Source: Octopus sinensis (taxonomy: Eukaryota). Taken from it: a stretch of 15,975 nt of DNA. The notes under the pieces are model-generated. The model saw only the letters and a program-made list of their open reading frames with translations. It did not search any database and was not told where the DNA came from. The stretch is taken from NCBI RefSeq assembly GCF_006345805.1, contig NW_021825479.1, positions 1-15,975 of the forward strand, given 5' to 3'. Below, piece by piece: positions 9,701 to 15,975 of this stretch. The stretch's first letter is position 1; every line of letters starts with the position of its first letter. Position numbers and translations under genes: made by a program.

Positions 9701-10895
9701 GTCGAGTACCTTTAGCAGGGTACATTATCATCTGGTCCTTGGGTACCTTTGGCAGAGGTAAGCATCATCTGGTCGTCGAGTACCTTTAGCAGGGTACATT
9801 ATCATCTGGTCCTTGGGTACCTTTGGCAGAGGTAAGCATCATCTGGTCGTCGAGTACCTTTAGCAGGGTACATTATCATCTGGTCCTTGGGTACCTTTGG
9901 CAGAGGTAAGCATCATCTGGTCGTCGAGTACCTTTAGCAGGGTACATTATCATCCGGCCCTTGGGTACCTTTGGCAGAGGTCAGCATCATCTGGTCGTCG
10001 AGTACCTTTAGCATGGTACATTATCATCTGGTCCTTGGGTACCTTTGGTAGAGGTAAGCATCATCTGGTCGTCGAGTACCTTTAGCAGGGTACATTATCA
10101 TCTGGTCCCTGGATACCTTTGGCAGAAGTCAGCATCATCTGGTCGTCGAGTACCTTTAGCAGGGTACATTATCATCTGGTCCTTGGTACCTTTGGCAGAG
10201 GTCAGCATCATCTGTCGTCGAGTACCTTTAGCAGGGTACATTATCATCTGGTCCTTGGGTACCTTGGCAGAGGTCAGCATCATCTGGTCGTCGAGTACCT
10301 TTAGCAGGGTACATTATCATCTGGTCCTTGGTACCTTTGGCAGAGGTCAAGCATCATCTGGTCGTCGAGTACCTTTAGCAGGGTACATTATCATCTGGTC
10401 CTTGGGTACCTTTGGCAGAGGTAAGCATCATTGGTCGTCGAGTACCTTTAGCAGGTACATTATCATCTGGTCTTTGGGTACCTTTGGCAGAGGTAAGCAT
10501 CATCTGGTCGTCGAGTACCTTTAGCAGGGTACATTATCATCTGGTCCTTGGGTACCTTTGGCAGAGGTAAGCATCATCTGTCGTCGAGTACCTTTAGCAG
10601 GGTATATTATCATCTGGTCCTTGGTACCTTTGGCAGAGGTAAGCATCATCTTGTCGTCGAGTACCTTTAGCAATTAGCAGGGTACATTATCATCTGGTCC
10701 TGGATACCTTTGGCAGAGGTCAGCATCATCTGGTCGTCGAGTACCTTTAGCAGGGTACATTATCATCTGGTCCCTGGATACCTTTGGCAGAGGTAAGCAT
10801 CATCTGGTCGTCGAGTACCTTTAGCAGGGTACATTATCATCTGGTCCCTGGATACCTGTGGTAGAGGTTAGGATCATCAGATCCTCGGGTACCTT
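6770..10895. repeat. 74-bp satellite/minisatellite array, about 55 copies, built from two related 37-bp subunits
   Basis: Unit = A TATCATCTGGTCCTTGGGTACCTTTGGCAGAGGTAAG (e.g. 6844-6880) + B CATCATCTGGTCGTCGAGTACCTTTAGCAGGGTACAT (6881-6917). A and B match at 25 of their first 30 positions. Copies are near-identical and the terminal units are degenerate. Confidence 0.98.
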
Positions 10896-11166
10896 CAGGG
10901 TCAGATGGAGGGCGTAATGAAACCATCCCCTCCTGGCCCTTGGGCTGACTTAAGTATGATCCACTCAGTTTAATATAGCTTCCTTTGCGGATGTGCCTTC
11001 ATTGGAATTTATTCAGCTTAATACCACTACTTGATCCTCGGGAGCCCTTGACAGGTTCATTCGGTTCGATACTAATATCACGTGATTATCGTGGTATTAG
11101 GTCACTCAGATAAAAGCATTAGGATCAGATCTCGTATTCGAACTCTGACCATGTTTTCTTCTACAG

Positions 11167-11223
11167 CCATCGACCTGTCCAAGCTGAAAATGAACCACAT
11201 CAACACACAGTCCTGCGAAGAGC
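11167..11223 (+). CDS. Candidate internal coding exon, 57 nt, phase 1-1, peptide (x)IDLSKLKMNHINTQSCEE; product unknown
   Basis: Branch-point-like CTCTGAC (branch A at 11148), pyrimidine tract TGTTTTCTTCT, CAG acceptor (AG 11165-11166) and GTATGG donor at 11224. The frame is open and 15 of 18 full codons end in G/C within AT-rich surroundings. No homolog recognised. Confidence 0.5.
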
Positions 11224-11415
11224 GTATGGGTTATACCTAAGTCTTTAACGAGCAAACTATAAAAAAAATACGCCACACACGCGCGTACACATACACACAC
11301 ACCTATATACAACAACCTATATACACACACACTTATATACAACAACCTATATGCACACAAGCAACAACCTATATACGCACAACATATATACTCACAACCT
11401 ATATATACACAAGCA

Positions 11416-11725
11416 TGTGGAGGCGCAATGGCCCAGACTCGCGGTAGTAGAATCGCGGTTTCGATTCCCAGACCGGGCGTTGTGAGTGTTTATTGAGCGA
11501 AAACACCTAAAGCTCCACGAGGCTCCAGCGAACCCTGTTGTACTCTTTCACCACAACTTTCAATCTTTCTTCCTGTGTCACGCTAAATCTCTCCGAGAAC
11601 TACGTTAAGGGTACACGTGTCTGTGGAATGGTCAGCCACTTGCACGTTAATTTCACGTGCAGGCTGTTCCGTTGATTCGGATCAGCTGGAACTCACGTCG
11701 TCGCAACCGACGGAGTGCCTTCACG
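11416..11725 (+). mobile_element. tRNA-derived SINE, family A, internally deleted copy
   Basis: Colinear with 2663-3091, with B box GGTTTCGATTCC. Flanked by CACAAGCA(T) at 11408-11416 and 11726-11734 (TSD). Confidence 0.9.
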
Positions 11726-11817
11726 CACAAGCATATTATGCACAGACATAAATAAAATAAAGAGTGATACAGTTGACTTTGTCACTGATCATGTCGATTG
11801 CAATCAGTGCGTGTATA

Positions 11818-11821
<4 letters not shown>

Positions 11822-11900
<79 letters not shown>
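11822..11900. repeat. (CT)n-(CA)n compound microsatellite
   Basis: Direct reading. Confidence 0.97.
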
Positions 11901-11901
<1 letters not shown>

Positions 11902-12023
11902 TCAGCAGCATCTTGCTCCTGGTTACCCTTATGGGGGTTCGATCAGTGCAAACATTTGGACCAGGACTTCGGCTTGGGGGCGTTTCTGCGACCGATCTAC
12001 GCACCATCACCCTCTGTATTCCT

Positions 12024-12602
12024 TTCCACTCTAGGCACAGGGCCCTAAATTTTGAGGGAGGAGGCCAGTCGATAATATCGACCCCAGTGCGTAACTGGTA
12101 CTTATTTAATCGACCCTGAAAGGATGAAAGGAAAAGTCGACCTCGACGGAATTTGAACTCAGAACGCAACGGCAGACGAAATACCTATTTCTTTATTACC
12201 CACAAGGGGCTAAACATAGAGGGGACAATCAAGGACAGACATAGGTATTAAGTCGATTACATCGACCCCAGTGCGTAACTGGTACTTAATTTATCGACCC
12301 CGAAAGGATGAAAGGAAAAGTCGACCTCGACGGAATTTGAACTCAGAACGCAACGGCAGACGAAATACCTATTTCTTTATTACCCACAAGGGGCTAAACA
12401 TAGAGGGGACAATCAAGGACAGACATAGGTATTAAGTCGATTACATCGACCCCAGTGCGTAACTGGTACTTAATTTATCGACCCCGAAAGGATGAAAGGC
12501 AAAGTCGACCTCGGCGGAATTTGAACTCAGAACGTAGCGGCAGACGAAATACCGCTAAGCATTTCGCCCGGCGTGCTAACGTTTCTGCCAACTCGCCGCC
12601 GT
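12024..12602 (-). mobile_element. SINE family B with intact head and internal 184-bp tandem repeat
   Basis: Minus-strand head GGCGGCGAGTTGGCAGAAACGTTAGC starts at 12600. ATCGACCCCAGTGCGTAACTGG occurs at 12077, 12261 and 12445, and there are three B boxes. Imperfect ~20-bp direct repeat CCATCA(C/G)CCTCTGTATT(-/T)CCT at 12004-12023 and 12603-12623. Confidence 0.9.
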
Positions 12603-12793
12603 CCATCAGCCTCTGTATTTCCTCACGATATGTGAAAAACACATACGTACACTCGACAACGAAGGACTTGTTAGATAATGTAGTCTTAGATACACAATGC
12701 CCACAAAAGCCAAAACAAAACAAAGCAAAAAACGTATAGTCACGACCTAAATGCTTTTGATTATAGGTTTGTTCGATCAGGCGCCGATGGTGA

Positions 12794-13410
12794 ACCACCA
12801 CCATCACCGCCATCACTATCACCGCCACCGTCGCCATCATCAACACCACCATGACCATGACCATCACCATTATCATCATCACCAACACCAACAAGCATAA
12901 TCACTATTACCGCTACTCTCTCCTGCACCACCACCACCACTACCACCACCACCACTACCACCACCACTACCACCATCACCACCATCACCCCCACCCCCAC
13001 CACCACCACTACCACCATCACCCCCACCCCCACCATCACCCCCACCCCTACAACCACCACCACCGCCGCCAGCACCGTCAGCACCGCCAGTACCGCCACC
13101 ACCACCACCACCACCGCTGCCACCATCACCACCAACACCACAACCAACACCACCACCACCATCACCACCACCACCACCGCCGCCGCCGCCGCCATCACAA
13201 CCACTACAATCGCTACAGTCACTATGACCGCCACAGTCACCACCATCACTACCACCGCATCATCGCACCCCCACCCCACCGCCCCGTCATCCCCGCCACC
13301 ATACTACACCTCCGTTACTAAGCACATTACACCAGCCTTTATACCCCACCGTCTTCCTCACCCCCCCCCCCAACCCCGACCCCGACCCCGACCCCACCCA
13401 TCACTACTCC
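12794..13410. repeat. Degenerate (CCA/CAC/CAT)n trinucleotide tract with C-rich tail
   Basis: Direct reading; gives His/Thr/Pro-rich and Val/Gly-rich ORFs on both strands. Confidence 0.93.
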
Positions 13411-13484
13411 TGTGAATTAGAACATGTCTGTAGTGGCAAGTTAGAGTCAACATTACTGGCAGTCAACACGAAGATTTTTTAGGC

Positions 13485-13557
13485 AACACCAGCAGCAGCA
13501 GCACCACCAACACAGCACCACCACCAACACCAGCAGCAGCAGCAGCAGCAGCAGCGA
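13485..13557. repeat. (CAG)n/(CAC)n trinucleotide tract
   Basis: Direct reading. Confidence 0.9.
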
Positions 13558-13634
13558 CTAAATGCAAAATGTATGCGACATTCCTGGGGAAGTTGAGACT
13601 TTGTATAAACTATTTCGTAAGAAACACGAGTTTA

Positions 13635-14270
13635 TGTATGGATGTACATGTATGTATGTATGTATGTATGGATGTATGTATGGATGTACATGTACGTATG
13701 TATGTATGTATGTATGCACGTGTGTATGGATGTACATGTACGTATGTATGTATGTATGTATGTATGTATGGATGTACATGTACGTATGTATGTATGTATG
13801 TATGTATGTATGGATGTACATGTACGTATGTATGTATGTATGTATGTATGTATGGATGTACATGTACGTATGTATGTATGTATGTATGCACGTGTGTATG
13901 GATGTACATGTACGTATGTATGTATGTATGTATGTATGTATGTATGGATGTACATGTACGTATGTATGTATGTATGTATGGATGGATGTACATGTACGTA
14001 TGTATGTATGTATGTATGTATGTATGGATGTACATGTACGTATGTATGTATGTATGTATGTGTGTATGTATATATGTGTGTGTGTGTATGTGTGTATGTA
14101 TGTGTGTACGTATGTGTGTGTGTGTGTATGTGTGTATGTATGTACATGTGTGTATGTATGTATGTGTTGTGTGTATGTGTGTATGTATGTATGTACATGT
14201 GTGTATGTATGTATGTGCGTGTGTGTGTATGTGTGTGTGTGTGTATGTGCGTGTTGTGTAGTGCGTGCGC
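13635..14270. repeat. (TATG)n-based minisatellite grading into (TG)n
   Basis: GGATGTACATGTACG cores at 13682, 13728, 13770, 13812, 13854, 13900, 13946, 13984 and 14026, separated by (TATG)n. Confidence 0.95.
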
Positions 14271-14299
14271 ACGCGGTTGTGTATATATATCCTTAAAAC

Positions 14300-14350
14300 G
14301 CGTGTCTACATGCATGTATATATTATATATAATATATATATATATATATA

Positions 14351-14383
<33 letters not shown>

Positions 14384-14509
14384 TACATATATAGCCAGTG
14401 CTCCAGCATGTCTCGCAGCCAAATGACTGAAACAAGTAAAGAATAAAGGACTATAGATATATATATACGTATATGCAGCATACAGTTACACACACTATAT
14501 AAAGCTATA

Positions 14510-14547
<38 letters not shown>

Positions 14548-14579
14548 CATATATATATATATATACATATATATATTAC

Positions 14580-14637
<58 letters not shown>

Positions 14638-14720
14638 CATATATATTAATAGCTTTAATTATATATATATGTAGTTTTATATATGTATATATAGCTTTAT
14701 ATGTGTATATATATATTTAT
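14300..14720. repeat. TA-rich microsatellite region
   Basis: Direct reading; interrupted by about 55 nt of complex sequence at 14398-14450. Confidence 0.92.
14398..14450 (+). mobile_element. Probable isolated SINE 3' tail inserted in TA repeat
   Basis: GTGCTCCAGCATG..CGCAG.CAAATGACTGAAACAAGTAAAGAATAAAG resembles an octopus SINE 3' terminus recalled from memory and ends in an A-rich repeated tail. Not verified by search. Confidence 0.45.
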
Positions 14721-14984
14721 GTATACACATACAGGACATTCCACGGGGAAAACATATTGTTCTCTTGTGTGCTGAGACAAACACCAAACGCACCACCACG
14801 GCCACCCGACTCCCTACAATCACTCCCACCCTCTTCCATTGCTTCTTTCTTTACCTTTTCTTCTCCGCTGATTTCTTTCGTTATTTCTTTTTTTTTTTTC
14901 GCTCTTATTTTCGCGCCATTTTTCTTGCATATTTTTCTTCTTCATTTTCTTTCTTCATCACCAACACCAACAAGCACAATCTTC

Positions 14985-14995
14985 CTTCCTTTCTT

Positions 14996-15035
<40 letters not shown>

Positions 15036-15059
15036 TCCTTTCTTTCTTTCTTTCTTTCT

Positions 15060-15092
<33 letters not shown>

Positions 15093-15118
15093 TTTCTTTC
15101 TTTCTTTTTTCTTTCTTC

Positions 15119-15217
<99 letters not shown>

Positions 15218-15220
15218 TCC
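14985..15220. repeat. (TTTC)n polypyrimidine tract
   Basis: Direct reading; followed by CT-rich sequence to about 15335. Confidence 0.97.
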
Positions 15221-15898
15221 ATCCTTGTTTATTTTCAGCATACTTACCCTCTCTCCTGTTCCCTTTTCTTTCTCACTCTCTCATCTCTCTCTCTCCCCTC
15301 CCTCCCTCCCTCTCTCTCCCTCTCTCTCCCCCTATCTTTTCTCGAACATTTCTTACTCCATTTTTCTCTTCCTATTTCTCTTTCAATCTCAGCGGTTTTC
15401 TTTTCTATCGTTTCACTCCGTTTCTTTCTTAACTTTTTCTATTTCTTATGTTATTCCGTCATGTTTACCTCTTTTCTATTTTGATAACGGACTTTCCTAT
15501 TCTCGATCCGTCAATTTAATCTCACATCTATCCATTTATCTATAAACACATACACACGCATACAAACACACACGCACACATTCACACCCACACGCACATA
15601 CACATGTTGAACATGGTTTTAAAAAACACGATTGTATTCTGGTTTTATCTTCCTAAAGTTCTCTTATTTTTCTTATGGAGTTCCTTACTGTTTGTTTGGA
15701 AACAAAAGCTATGAAAATTCATCAAAGTTTCTCAACTTTCACGGTCTCATCTTCTGTATGGTGTGGACGTTGGAGGGGGGTAGGGTAGTGAGGCTACGAT
15801 ATTATATGATAGACAAATGTAAGGCGATTAGTGTATGTTGGTGTTTATCTTAGCGTCGGAATCTGAAAATATGATAGCTATGTATTGTTAGTCAACAG

Positions 15899-15958
15899 TC
15901 AAAGCAGTGATTTCATGTCTGTGGTTCTTGGGTACAAGAACGATGCAGACCGCTAAAG
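15899..15958 (+). other. Candidate exon (weak), 60 nt if the AAG|GTACCC donor is used, phase 1-1
   Basis: Acceptor-like TGTATTGTTAGTCAACAG ending at 15898; open frame (x)KAVISCLWFLGTRTMQTAK, phase-compatible with 11167-11223. The pyrimidine tract and donor +4/+5 are poor, and the frame also runs open to the window end. Confidence 0.25.
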
Positions 15959-15975
15959 GTACCCGACGACGTATA

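Noticed and set aside
8567-10524. Family of 61-65 aa ORFs (MAEVSIIWSSSTFSR...) and a 159-aa ORF
   Set aside because: Artefact of a 74-bp unit cycling through frames; the starts are TTG, and the longer ORF depends on probable indel errors.
6770-10895. CRISPR array (37-bp repeats at regular spacing)
   Set aside because: The apparent spacers are themselves near-identical and homologous to the repeats, there are no cas genes, and the context is eukaryotic.
6770-10895. Tandem ribozyme satellite (minus-strand CAGAUGA resembles CUGAUGA; GCUAA and UCCUCG resemble HDV-like motifs)
   Set aside because: No CUGANGA/GAAA pair, and I could not build HDV P1-P3 or twister pairings.
12761-14435. Long His-rich and MYVC/YIHT ORFs
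   Set aside because: Translations of trinucleotide and (TATG)n repeats, open in many frames simultaneously.
14703-15545. Phe/Leu/Ser-rich and KKER ORFs
   Set aside because: Derived from (TTTC)n; likewise the ERER and LSLS ORFs at 6221-6609 derive from (GA)n.

Overview
Eukaryotic, repeat-dense and essentially non-coding DNA. It most likely comes from an octopus (coleoid cephalopod) intron or intergenic region. That assignment is inferred from the (CCA)n/(TA)n/(TATG)n microsatellite load and tRNA-derived SINE types I recognise from octopus sequence; it was not checked by a search. Contents: (i) a ~4.1 kb satellite of ~55 copies of a 74-bp unit that is itself a 2x37-bp dimer (6770-10895); (ii) at least three tRNA-derived SINE families in both orientations, several with readable target-site duplications and one carrying an internal 184-bp tandem repeat; (iii) a frameshifted 3' fragment of a restriction-like-endonuclease (R4/NeSL-type) non-LTR retrotransposon; (iv) a short Penelope-type repeat with a minimal hammerhead-ribozyme-like core on the minus strand; (v) many microsatellites, which account for most of the supplied ORF track; (vi) up to three small + strand candidate exons in compatible phase, one well supported by splice signals. 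There is no complete protein-coding gene, rRNA, true tRNA or CRISPR array. The most unusual signals are the hammerhead-like motif, a 19-nt sequence antisense to the satellite that overlaps a candidate splice donor, and inverted SINE pairs able to form dsRNA.
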